Under the pieces are notes generated by a model, which saw only the letters and a program-made list of their open reading frames with translations, searched no databases and had not been told where the DNA came from. The position numbers and the translations under genes were made by a program. DNA of 64,000 nucleotides from Pseudonocardiaceae bacterium (GTDB lineage: Bacteria; Actinomycetota; Actinomycetes; Mycobacteriales; Pseudonocardiaceae), in assembly GCA_050699955.1 (NCBI GenBank), contig JBOHGD010000001.1, positions 126,418 through 190,417 of the forward strand, written 5' to 3'. Below are positions 30,829 through 39,709 of this stretch, piece after piece. Every line of letters starts with the position of its first letter. Within the stretch, counting starts at the first letter, position 1.

Positions 30829-31994
30829 TGGACTGGGCCCAGCGGCTGGCAGGCCTGGCCGACCAGCTCAGCGCCGAGGGAAAACTGACCTCGCCGCAGT
30901 GGCGGGCTGCATTCTGTGCTGTTCCCCGCCACGAACTGGTGCCCGAGATCTACCTTCAGGACGAGCACCGCCAGTGGGGCCCGGCCGAGGACAACACCGC
31001 ACAGTGGTGGGACTTGGTCTACTCCGACGCCACCGTGATCACCAGCGTGCTGCCCAACTCCCAGGGCGTCCTCGTGCCGGTCTCCTCATCGACCAAGCCC
31101 GGCCTCATGCTGCGGATGCTGGAAGCACTCGACGTTCGCGACGGGATGCGGGTGCTGGAGATCGGCACCGGCAGCGGCTACAACGCCGCGTTGCTCTCGG
31201 CGCGCCTCGGCGCGCAGCAGGTGTTCTCGCTCGACCTGCGCGCCGAGCTGGTCGAGTTGGCCCGCGACCGGCTGGCCCGGCTGGGATACCGGCCGATGTT
31301 GGCCGCCCGCGACGGCACCGAGGGCCTGGCCGAGCACGCCCCCTACGACCGGATCATCGTGACTTGCGGCATGCCCTTCATCCCCGCGGCCTGGATCACC
31401 CAACTGGCCCCCGGCGGCCTGCTGCTGGTCGACCTGGAGGGGCCGCTGAGCGCGGGCAACCTCATCGCGCTACGCCGAGACACCGACGTCGAATGCCTGC
31501 GCGGGCGGTTCCTGCCCTGGTTCGGGCGGTTCCTGCCGATGCGACGCAACACCACAGCAGCCGACTACCACTTGCGGGCACCCGATCCCGACACCACCGC
31601 GCCAATCGAGGTCGGCTGGACCACCGTCGACCCCAGCGAACTCGACCAGGAGTTCCGGCTTCTCGCCCAGCTCCACCTACCCAGCGGAACCTTCCACACC
31701 CTCACCGCAGCGACACCGCAGCCCCGGCCCACCCACACCCGCCTGGTCAGCCCGGACGGCTCCTGGTGCGAGGTCGCCCGCGAGCCCAGCACACACAGCG
31801 GGTACGCCCTGCGCCAGGCCGGCCCACAACGGCTCTGGGACACCGTGGAAACCGCCCACCAGCAGTGGTACGAGTTGGGCGAGCCAGCGTGGTCCCGCTT
31901 CGGCGTCACCGCCACCCCCACCAGTCAGCACATGTGGCTCAACAACCCCGACAACAGCCCCCACCACTGGCCACTGTGGACCACAGTGGCCTAA
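30828..31994 (+). CDS. Protein-L-isoaspartate O-methyltransferase (PIMT) homologue with a ~170-aa C-terminal extension; predicted aspartimide-forming RiPP tailoring enzyme
   Basis: PIMT motifs are AVPRHELVP, SSTKPGLMLRMLEAL, the SAM motif RVLEIGTGSGYNAALLSARLG, YDRIIVTCGMPFIPAAWITQLAPGGLLLV, and a C-terminal extension. The start overlaps the ATP-grasp stop (TGATG). Confidence 0.85.
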   Translation: MDWAQRLAGLADQLSAEGKLTSPQWRAAFCAVPRHELVPEIYLQDEHRQWGPAEDNTAQWWDLVYSDATVITSVLPNSQGVLVPVSSSTKPGLMLRMLEALDVRDGMRVLEIGTGSGYNAALLSARLGAQQVFSLDLRAELVELARDRLARLGYRPMLAARDGTEGLAEHAPYDRIIVTCGMPFIPAAWITQLAPGGLLLVDLEGPLSAGNLIALRRDTDVECLRGRFLPWFGRFLPMRRNTTAADYHLRAPDPDTTAPIEVGWTTVDPSELDQEFRLLAQLHLPSGTFHTLTAATPQPRPTHTRLVSPDGSWCEVAREPSTHSGYALRQAGPQRLWDTVETAHQQWYELGEPAWSRFGVTATPTSQHMWLNNPDNSPHHWPLWTTVA

Positions 31995-32165
31995 CCGTGG
32001 GTATCCATGTAGTACTGGCTCGCCTCATCGGCAAGCCTCCTGACCCGTCACAGGTGTGCCAAGCATGCAGAGATCACAAGAACGTCGAGGAGCACCACAA
32101 GCGGGCGCGAGACCGCAGCCCCCGGATCCCAACAAGCACGACCGGTGACCGGCCCACGGACTGAC

Positions 32166-32294
32166 GTGGGCGAGCTGCGGGCGCGGATGGTGCAGCAGCT
32201 CGCGGCGGAGGACTATCTGGCCAGATGGGAAGCGGCGATAGCGCCGTGGTGGCCGACGCTGGAGATGGTGCCCCGCCACCGGAAGCGTCACTGA
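32166..32294 (+). pseudogene. Orphan N-terminal fragment of a second PIMT-like methyltransferase (42 codons)
   Basis: VGELRARMVQQLAAEDYLARWEAAIAPWWPTLEMVPRH|RKRH* parallels the N-terminus of the neighbouring methyltransferase (RLAGLADQLSAEGKLTSPQWRAAFCAVPRHELVP). It terminates right after the VPRH motif, 5 nt from the convergent helicase stop. Confidence 0.4.
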
Positions 32295-32299
32295 CCCTA

Positions 32300-34541
32300 C
32301 TATCGCGCGTCGCGAACAACAGCCAACGCTTGAAGTACTCGATCATGTTCTGGAGTTGTGATGCCCACGAGTGAACCTTCAAGCAGCTCCATGAGCCGCC
32401 CGTAGGCCCATCGCTGGAGTTGGTCGTCGGTCTCAACCTCTGGAGCAGGGAGTAGCTCATTGAGCATGTGCGCTGCGGCTCGGGGCTGGACACCTGCCCG
32501 CATCCAAGCGAGTATCTCCGGGCTCGCCGCTCCCGAGCGCACTGCCAGCGGCAGGAGGGTGAGGCATCGGAGGCTCTCTTCGGGGAGCCCCCATGGTCCG
32601 TCCGGGTCCTCCTCCTGTCCAGTTGCCACGATCGCTCCGAGCGCGCCAGCGATCAATGATAGCCCGAATCGGAAACCTTCGGCGATCACCGTGATCGCCC
32701 TCGGTAGCGGATCCTGGGAGCCGCGCCCGGCGTTGCCGTTCACCGGCTTGGGGTGAATTTCCTCAGCGACAGTGATCAACGGCTTGCCGGTCATCCAGGC
32801 GGCGAGGGCGCGTGCGAAGGCCGTCCACCCGGCGTCGCGTTTGGTCTGATCGGCCGCGTAGATCGCGGACAGGCGGCTTGTTGTCCCGTATGGCTTCTTG
32901 GGCAGAATTCTGTCCAAGGCGCGTGGCGGGAGGGTTCTCAGCAATTCGATCATCAGCCGCGCCCACTCGACAATTGTCGTTGGGACCACATCTGCTAAGC
33001 GTGCTCGCAGTCCCTGGTAGAGTTCGACTGTTTCTGGCAGGGCAATCCCGGATCGATGCGCTGCGAGGGCGACCCACGACGGTGCTCCGGCCTGTATCAA
33101 GAAGCTCTGGCCAAGAGCGTCGACGGCGCTTGCGATCTCCCTTGCGCGTGGCACGACCTGTGCTCGATGAATGGCCCAAGTCTTGCTAACTACTCCTTGG
33201 GTATCGTCGTGCTCGCTGGCGAACGACAAGAACGCGAAAGCGGTTTGGTCCGCATCGCTCATGGTCTCCACGCGCAGGTCTCCGCTGAGCGCGGTTGCGA
33301 TCAGACCGTCGAGGGAGCTGGTGATGTCGGTGGAGGCGTCCTCCTCCTGAAGGAACTCGGCGGCGCGGACTGCTCGCATGGCATCGCCCGCGGAGTCAAG
33401 CGGTACGGCCTTATTTGGAACGATGATCGCCATTGACCGGGGTGCGACGTGAGCGCGGCCGGCCCTTCCGATCGCATTGAGCAACTGCGCCCGCGTACGC
33501 TGTTTCTTCTGCTCTACCGATGCTTGATCGTCGTACCCGATGTCGGTTCCGCCGATCACAACGGCGGTGGCAGGAAGGTTGAGGCCCTGGGCCATCGTTC
33601 CCGTCGCGAACATGGCCAAGGCGATCTCCTCGTCGAAGGCGACCTCGCTGGCGCGCTGCTCCTCGCGCAGGAGCGCGCTGGTGTGCACCGCGACCCGCTT
33701 GCGCAACATTCCGCGCAAGGCCGTCTCGGCTCCCAGCTCAAGTTGGGCCAGGATGAGGAGCGATTCGACGGTCTTGCCCAGGTCAACGGGTCTGCTGCTG
33801 AAGCCGGATATCTTGGTGGCGGCCAGGAAACTGTCGTGCTTGCTGCGCGGAAGGAAGGCGAGCACCCTGTCGCCTCGCTCGCCGAGCCTTTGCACTAGCG
33901 CTATAGACGCTGGGTTGCAGTACCCATCGGATTTGATCTGCTGATCGCGGTTCACGGTCAGTTCTACGCCGATGTCTGTCTTGGCTAGATCGTAGTCCAG
34001 GGTCTCGTTGCTACGCCAAGCTCCTTGCAGACCGACGAGCAGCGCAATCGGTGCCATGAACTTTTCGTTCATGCGGTGGCCCCCGCTGGGACAGATCCGC
34101 GAACGCGGCGCCGCCGGCAGCCTTCGCGCGGTCACTGTCGAATCCGGCGATCGCCCGTAGAGTGCGGGTCGGTCGCCAAGGCTCGTCGACCACAATGGCT
34201 GGGATCTGTGTTGCGTCACGGAGCCAACTGGCGAGGTCGTGGGGGTTGGCCACCAGGGCCGAAAGCAGGAGCAGACGCGCTTGTGGCGCGCGGTGCAGGA
34301 TCTCCGCGATGACCAGTTCGGCGATCACGCCTCGGCTTTTGGTCCGCCGGGGCGCAGTAAGACAAGCTGAACACAAGCATCCGGTTGGGTTCGGGCCTTG
34401 TCGTGGTGCATAGACGACGGCGAGCTCATCGAAGTTTAGCGTGCCGGGTTGGATCCGCCGTGCACGGCACGGCAGATGTCGGGCAGTGTTGCGTTGGCCG
34501 AGAGCGGGGCAGACTCTCAGCGCGGACGTACTGCACGGCAA
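32300..34541 (-). pseudogene. Superfamily-2 (Lhr/Ski2-like) helicase remnant, with the 5' end deleted and one internal frameshift
   Basis: The upstream frame (34541-34011) has a degenerate motif II, FDELAVV, and motif III, RLLLLSALVANPHDLASWL. A frameshift lies near 34080-34100. The downstream 639-aa ORF has helicase-C motifs V/VI (ATGTMAQGLNLPATAVVIGG...QLLNAIGRAGRA) and a ~400-aa unassigned C-terminal region. There is no room for Walker A before the DUF3024 gene. G+C is visibly lower than in the flanks. Confidence 0.65.
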
Positions 34542-34653
34542 CGTCGGACCAGCTCAGCGTCCGAACCCGCCATGGTCGCCACGAGAATCGAGCACCTGAC
34601 GTCGCTGCCGGAGGGGAGGGCCCGGCGAAGATGCGGATGGCACGCTGGTGCCC

Positions 34654-34996
34654 ATGTCCGCCATCAAATTGCCCGAGCTCGACGTGGCACGCGTGCAGCG
34701 TTGGTGTGCTGAGCGCGTGCCAGAACGGGCCCGTCATCAGGTTCGGGTCGACTGCGACGTGGCGCCTCGGCACCTGACAATCGTTGAGCAGCGCGCCCCT
34801 TGGCGTGAGGACTTCGAGTCGGAGTGGACCCGCTTCCCGATCGCGCGGCTGCGGTACACCAAGACGAGCAAGACGTGGATGTTGTACTGGCGCGACCGTA
34901 ACCTGCGCTTCCACGCCTACGACCGCATCGGGCCATCGGCCGGTATCAACGACCTGCGAGATCGACAGTGATCCAACTGGCATCTTCTGGGGCTGA
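34654..34996 (+). pseudogene. DUF3024-family gene with a frameshift near its 3' end
   Basis: LPELDVARVQRWCAERVP...LTIVEQRAPWREDFESEWTRFPIARLRYTKTSKTWMLYWRDRNLRFHAYD is family-like. The conserved end EIDSDPTGIFWG* is in the +1 frame from about 34953 (ATCAACGACCTGC|GAGATCGAC). Confidence 0.6.
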
Positions 34997-35190
34997 CCGG
35001 AGGATCATCCTCCATCTGGCCCGAGACGACAGCGCGCAGACGGCCAGAAGCGGTGGCCGGGCCTGAGCCGAGACACCGGCCTCGCGCCGTCCGGCTCATC
35101 GCACTCGGAGGCGCCTGGCTCACCGTACAACGTGCCAGACCTCATCTCGGCTGATCCGCCCATCGGGCAGACAGCGTGTCCTCGCCTGAT

Positions 35191-36291
35191 TCACTTGCCC
35201 ACGGTGGCGGCGACGCGTTCCTCGACCGGGAGGTAGTCGAGGTCGTAGCCGAAGGCGCGGGGCCCGACCAGCGCGAGGCCCTGGCTGGTCCGCCAGCGGG
35301 CGTCGCAGGGGGCCGCGATCACCGTCACCCGGAAGCCGTAACGAAGCTCCTCAGTGGTGATCGGCGCGCCGGTGTCGGCGTCGAGGACGATGATCAGATC
35401 CGGCGTCGAGGCGACGACCTGGCCGTCGCGGACGGCGAGGAGATGCTCGTTCTGGAAGCGGAGCGCGAGCACGGAGCCGGTGTCGGCGCCAGCGCCCTCG
35501 ATCCGGGCCCGGCCTCTGGCGAAGCCGGTCTCGGTGCGCCGTTGGACGTCGCTGATCTTGCCGTCGAACAGACGGTAGCCGGCCAGCCGGTGCAGGATCG
35601 CGGCGATCGGATCGCCGTGCGCGGCCCGGGTCCGGCGGATGAGCCGCCCGAGTTCCTCGGCGAGGCTGAGCGTCCCCGGGATCATCGCCTGCTCGAGCTG
35701 GTCGCCCGAGAGCGGGTAGAGCGCGATCTTGGCCACGCAGCCCATGTCGATCGTGAGCGAGCGCGCGAACCGCTCGGCCCAGTGGTTGTCGATGGTGTCG
35801 ATGATGGCCGTGTTGCCCTTCTCGTCCGCCAACGCCATCGGCGTGGCCGCCACGCCGTACAAGGTCGCGGTCACCATCTGGATCTCGGGGAAGGCCCGGC
35901 CCATGCCGTCGGCGTCGACGACCGGGATGCCCAGCTGTGCGGCCACCCGGAACGGGACCGTCGAGTTCGACCCGCCGGCCTCGATCGAGACGGTGTGGGT
36001 GATCGGCCGCCCGAGGTAGGACTGCAGCGCCTGGAGCGCGCGGCGGTGCTCGTCGCCGCGGGGTAGCTTCTCGACTCCGACCGTCGGCGCGCCCATCCCC
36101 GCGGTGGCCACGACGAGGGCGTCGTCGGGCACCTCGTCCACCGCGACGAGCTCGACCGGTCCGTGCTCGCGGATCTCCCGCTTGGCGAGCAGGGCGCCGA
36201 GGTAGGGGTTGCCGCCACCGCCCGTGCCGAGCACGGCGGCGCCGATGGCCAGGTCGTCCAGGTTGCCCTCACCGATACGCCGCACCGGCAT
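35191..36291 (-). CDS. DUF917 protein (hydantoinase-associated)
   Basis: LDDLAIGAAVLGTGGGGNPYLGALLAKREI...VATAGMGAPTVGVEKLPRGDE. The start was set at ATG 36291, overlapping the upstream hydantoinase gene by 23 nt. Confidence 0.8.
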   Translation of the reverse strand: MPVRRIGEGNLDDLAIGAAVLGTGGGGNPYLGALLAKREIREHGPVELVAVDEVPDDALVVATAGMGAPTVGVEKLPRGDEHRRALQALQSYLGRPITHTVSIEAGGSNSTVPFRVAAQLGIPVVDADGMGRAFPEIQMVTATLYGVAATPMALADEKGNTAIIDTIDNHWAERFARSLTIDMGCVAKIALYPLSGDQLEQAMIPGTLSLAEELGRLIRRTRAAHGDPIAAILHRLAGYRLFDGKISDVQRRTETGFARGRARIEGAGADTGSVLALRFQNEHLLAVRDGQVVASTPDLIIVLDADTGAPITTEELRYGFRVTVIAAPCDARWRTSQGLALVGPRAFGYDLDYLPVEERVAATVGK

Positions 36292-37837
36292 CCCTTCCGA
36301 GCTCGAGGTCGCCGACGGCCTTGACCCGGATCCGGGTCGCGTTGCCCGGCAGGTAAGCCAGCGGCACCTCCTCGACATCGACGACCTGCACGCTCGCCCG
36401 GACCGCGCCCGCCGCGACGGCCTTGTCGATCGCCTCCTGGGTGGCCTGTTCCACGGCGAGCGCGCGCGAGTCTCTCGTGAGCGAGACGACCCGGTCCACC
36501 TCGCCGCCGACCTGTGCGATCGCTGCGCCGATCGCGTTCGCGATGGCGAAGTGGTCGGGGTTGATCAGCTCGGAAGCGCCGGGCAGGCGCCCGCCGAGCA
36601 GGACGCTGCCGCCACCGACCACGACCACCGGGATCGGCTCCGGTGTCGTCTTCATCCGATCGACGGCCTCGGCGATCCTCTGCACGATCCACTCCAGCCC
36701 GCGCCCGACGAGGTCGCGGTCGAGCGCGGCGACGCGCTCGGAGTCGCCGATCGTGGCCAGACCCGCAGCCACGGCCAAGTCGGTGGCCGTCAGGATGTCA
36801 CCGCCGCACACCAGCGCCCGGCTGGTCAGCTCGTAGCCGACGCTGTCCGGCCCGATCCTCAGCTCGGGCTGGTCGCGCACCACACTGCCTCCCCCGATGC
36901 CGAATGAGCGCACATCGGGCATCCGAAAGTTCGTGCGCACCTGCCCGATCTCGGTCGCGACCGAGGCCTGGAGCGGGAACCCGCCTCGGAGCATGCCGAC
37001 ATCCGTGGTCGTGCCCCCGATGTCGACCACCGCGCAGTCGTGCAGGCCGGACAGGAAGGCCGCCCCGCGCATGGAGTTCGTCGGCCCACAGGCAAAGGTC
37101 GCGACCGGATAGCGCTCGGCGTGCTCGACGCTCATGAGCGTCCCGTCGTTCTGGCTCAACCAGACCGGTGCGGTGAGCTCGAACCCGGCCAGCGCTGCGC
37201 GCAACGCATCGACGATCCGGGCTGCGAGGTCGCGCAGACAGGCATTGACGATCGTGGCGTTCTCGCGCTCGAGCAGGCCGACCCGGCCGATCTCGTGTGA
37301 CAGGCTGATCGCGACCCCGGGCAGCTCCGCCGCCAGGATCTCCGCCGCCTGCTGCTCACATTCTGCGTTGACCGGCGAGAACACCGAGGAGAGCGCGATC
37401 GTGCGCAGCCGTTTCGAGGCGATGTCGGCGGCCACGTGCCGCAGTTCGTCTGCGTCCAGCGGCGCGAGCACGCGCCCGTCGTACTCGTAGCCGCCGTGAC
37501 ACAGATAGACGTGCCCGCCCAGCGCCTGGCGCAGGCGCTGCGGCCAGTCCACCATCGGCGGGAGCGCACGCGTCGCCGGCAGGCCCAACCGGACCGCAGC
37601 CGTGGGCAGCAAGCCCTTCGCCTCGATGACCGCGTTCGTGAAGTGTGTCGTCCCGATCATCACCGCCTGCACGTCGGCGAGGCCGACCGCGCCATCGGCA
37701 ACCAGGCCGCCAAGCGCGCTGGAGATCCCGCCGGTCACGTCCGCGGTCGTCGGCGTCTTCGCTTCGGCGAGCACCCGTCGGCCGTTCATGAGCACCACGT
37801 CGGTGTTGGTGCCGCCCACGTCGATACCTACCCGCAT
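36269..37837 (-). CDS. Hydantoinase/oxoprolinase (HyuA-like) family protein
   Basis: MRVGIDVGGTNTDVVLMNG...MIGTTHFTNAVIE...VVDIGGTTTDVGML. Confidence 0.88.
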   Translation of the reverse strand: MRVGIDVGGTNTDVVLMNGRRVLAEAKTPTTADVTGGISSALGGLVADGAVGLADVQAVMIGTTHFTNAVIEAKGLLPTAAVRLGLPATRALPPMVDWPQRLRQALGGHVYLCHGGYEYDGRVLAPLDADELRHVAADIASKRLRTIALSSVFSPVNAECEQQAAEILAAELPGVAISLSHEIGRVGLLERENATIVNACLRDLAARIVDALRAALAGFELTAPVWLSQNDGTLMSVEHAERYPVATFACGPTNSMRGAAFLSGLHDCAVVDIGGTTTDVGMLRGGFPLQASVATEIGQVRTNFRMPDVRSFGIGGGSVVRDQPELRIGPDSVGYELTSRALVCGGDILTATDLAVAAGLATIGDSERVAALDRDLVGRGLEWIVQRIAEAVDRMKTTPEPIPVVVVGGGSVLLGGRLPGASELINPDHFAIANAIGAAIAQVGGEVDRVVSLTRDSRALAVEQATQEAIDKAVAAGAVRASVQVVDVEEVPLAYLPGNATRIRVKAVGDLELGRDAGAAYR

Positions 37838-37915
37838 GGGGCGTCTCCCTCTCCCGCCGCGGTCAGGCTACCCGTGGCATCTCCGACCAGGCTCGGGCGG
37901 CGCCCGGCTTTGCCC

Positions 37916-39088
37916 CTATCCGCAGAGGTGTTCGACCGTGTCGGCCGCGATCGCGGTTCCGCCGGAGCTGCGCACGTCGGCGCGCAGTGCCTGGACCCGG
38001 TCGGTTCTGCCGGCTGCAGCGTCCACTGCGGCGCGCAGGCTCTCGCCGTCGAGCTTTTCGGCCGGGAGTTGCACTCCCGCGCCGATGGCCTCGAGCTTCG
38101 CCGCGTTGGTGAACTGGTCGACGGCTTGCGGGATCGCGACAGTCGGCACTCCGAACCACAGTGACTCGACGGCGCCCCCCATTCCTGCGTGGGTGATGAA
38201 CACCGAAGCGTGCTCGAGCACGTCGAGTTGCGGTTGCGTGCGTGCGGCGTGCACACCGTCGGGCAATGGTCCCAGCGCGGCCGGGTCGACCTTCCCGGTG
38301 GCGAGCACCAAGCGGTGGGTGCCCGCGAACTCGTCGACGCAGAGCCGGTAGATGTCGGGTTGGTTGGTGTACGCGGTTCCGAAGGACACGTAGACCAGCG
38401 GCCGGTCATCGCCGGGGGCGGGAGCCCAGGCCTGCGTCCGGGTCTGGTCGATGCACGGCCCGGCGAAGACATAGCGTGGTCCGACGCGATCGGCGTTCGG
38501 CTGCAACACCCGCGGGATGAGCACCACGCACGCGTCGGGCCGACCGAGGAACACGTCGGGGTCGAGTTGCACGTCGTTGTCCGCCAACCAGGCCCGCAAG
38601 GTCGCGTAGTAGTGCCGGCCGCTGGGCGAGGCCTTCAGCGCCGCGGTCTGCTCGGCGGTGTCCTGCTCATAACCCTCCCACGCCACGTACGTCGGCGACA
38701 GCTGCACGGCGGGCACGCCCCACCGCTGCGCGGCGACCCGCCCCGCGAAGCCACCGATGTCGTAGAGCACCGCGTCGGGGCGCTCGACGCGGCCGACCAG
38801 CGGGCCGAGTACGGAGATCGCCTCGTCGAGGAACAGCTGCATCGCCGCACCGATGTCGTCGGGCCAGCTGCGGTCGCCGTCGGGCAGGAGCGAGGGGTGG
38901 GCGACGACGTCTGCGCCGGTCGGGGCCACGAGCCCGGCCAGCCGCTCACCGATGACGTAGCTGACGCGATGCCCGCGGGACACCAGTTCGGAGATGAGCG
39001 CGAGGCTCGGGTAGACGTGACTGGGCGCGGTCACGCCAGCCATCACCAGATGGATCGGAACAGCGTCCCTGAAGACGAAGGCGACCAT
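37916..39088 (-). CDS. MGT-family (macrolide/OleD-like) UDP-glycosyltransferase
   Basis: The N-terminus IHLVMAGVTAPSHVYPSLALISELVSRGHRVSYV aligns with the OleD/Mgt N-terminus. The C-terminus has the GT1 donor motif FITHAGMGGAVESLWFGVPTVAIPQAVDQFTNA. Confidence 0.85.
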   Translation of the reverse strand: MVAFVFRDAVPIHLVMAGVTAPSHVYPSLALISELVSRGHRVSYVIGERLAGLVAPTGADVVAHPSLLPDGDRSWPDDIGAAMQLFLDEAISVLGPLVGRVERPDAVLYDIGGFAGRVAAQRWGVPAVQLSPTYVAWEGYEQDTAEQTAALKASPSGRHYYATLRAWLADNDVQLDPDVFLGRPDACVVLIPRVLQPNADRVGPRYVFAGPCIDQTRTQAWAPAPGDDRPLVYVSFGTAYTNQPDIYRLCVDEFAGTHRLVLATGKVDPAALGPLPDGVHAARTQPQLDVLEHASVFITHAGMGGAVESLWFGVPTVAIPQAVDQFTNAAKLEAIGAGVQLPAEKLDGESLRAAVDAAAGRTDRVQALRADVRSSGGTAIAADTVEHLCG

Positions 39089-39183
39089 CAACAGAGACTG
39101 CGGTCCGGTCGCCACGACCCGTGACCGATGAGTTTCGCCGCCACCCGGAGTCTGCATGGGAACCCACCGGACGGAGGCTGAAC

Positions 39184-39678
39184 ATGAGTGCAGACGACGC
39201 AATGCAGAAGATCACACCATGTCTGTGGTTCGACACGCAGGGTGCAGAGGCAGTGAACTTCTACACCAGCGTCTTCAAGAACTCCAGGATCCTGAACGTT
39301 GCTCGCTACGGTGCGGCCGGCCCCGGACCCGAGGGCACGGTCATGACTGTCACCTTCGAGTTGGACGGGCAGAAATTTGTCGCGTTGAACGGTGGGCCGC
39401 AGTTCACGTTCACCGAGGCCATCTCGTTCCAGGTGAGCTGCGAGACACAGGATGAGGTCGACTACTTCTGGAGCACGCTCTCCGAGGGTGGGAAAGAAGG
39501 CCCATGCGGCTGGCTCAAGGACAAGTACGGCGTGTCCTGGCAGATCGTCCCCACCGCTCTGCATGAGCTGCTGAGTGACCCCGACACCGCGAAGTCGCAA
39601 GGGGCCATGACAGCGATGCTCGGCATGCGCAAGATCGACATCGAAGCCTTGCGGCGCGCGGCTCATCAGCCGCAGTAG
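39184..39678 (+). CDS. VOC/glyoxalase-fold protein (PhnB/YjdN-like, 3-demethylubiquinone-9 methyltransferase-like domain)
   Basis: GGAGG lies upstream of ATG 39184. [28 protein letters not shown]...[27 protein letters not shown]...[16 protein letters not shown]. Confidence 0.85.
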   Translation: MSADDAMQKITPCLWFDTQGAEAVNFYTSVFKNSRILNVARYGAAGPGPEGTVMTVTFELDGQKFVALNGGPQFTFTEAISFQVSCETQDEVDYFWSTLSEGGKEGPCGWLKDKYGVSWQIVPTALHELLSDPDTAKSQGAMTAMLGMRKIDIEALRRAAHQPQ

Positions 39679-39709
39679 CGCTGACAGGACGCTCTGGTAG
39701 ACCGTCGCG

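Noticed and set aside
34426-34983. 185-aa ORF antisense to the DUF3024 gene
   Set aside because: The + strand reading matches the DUF3024 family along its length. The antisense ORF has no features.
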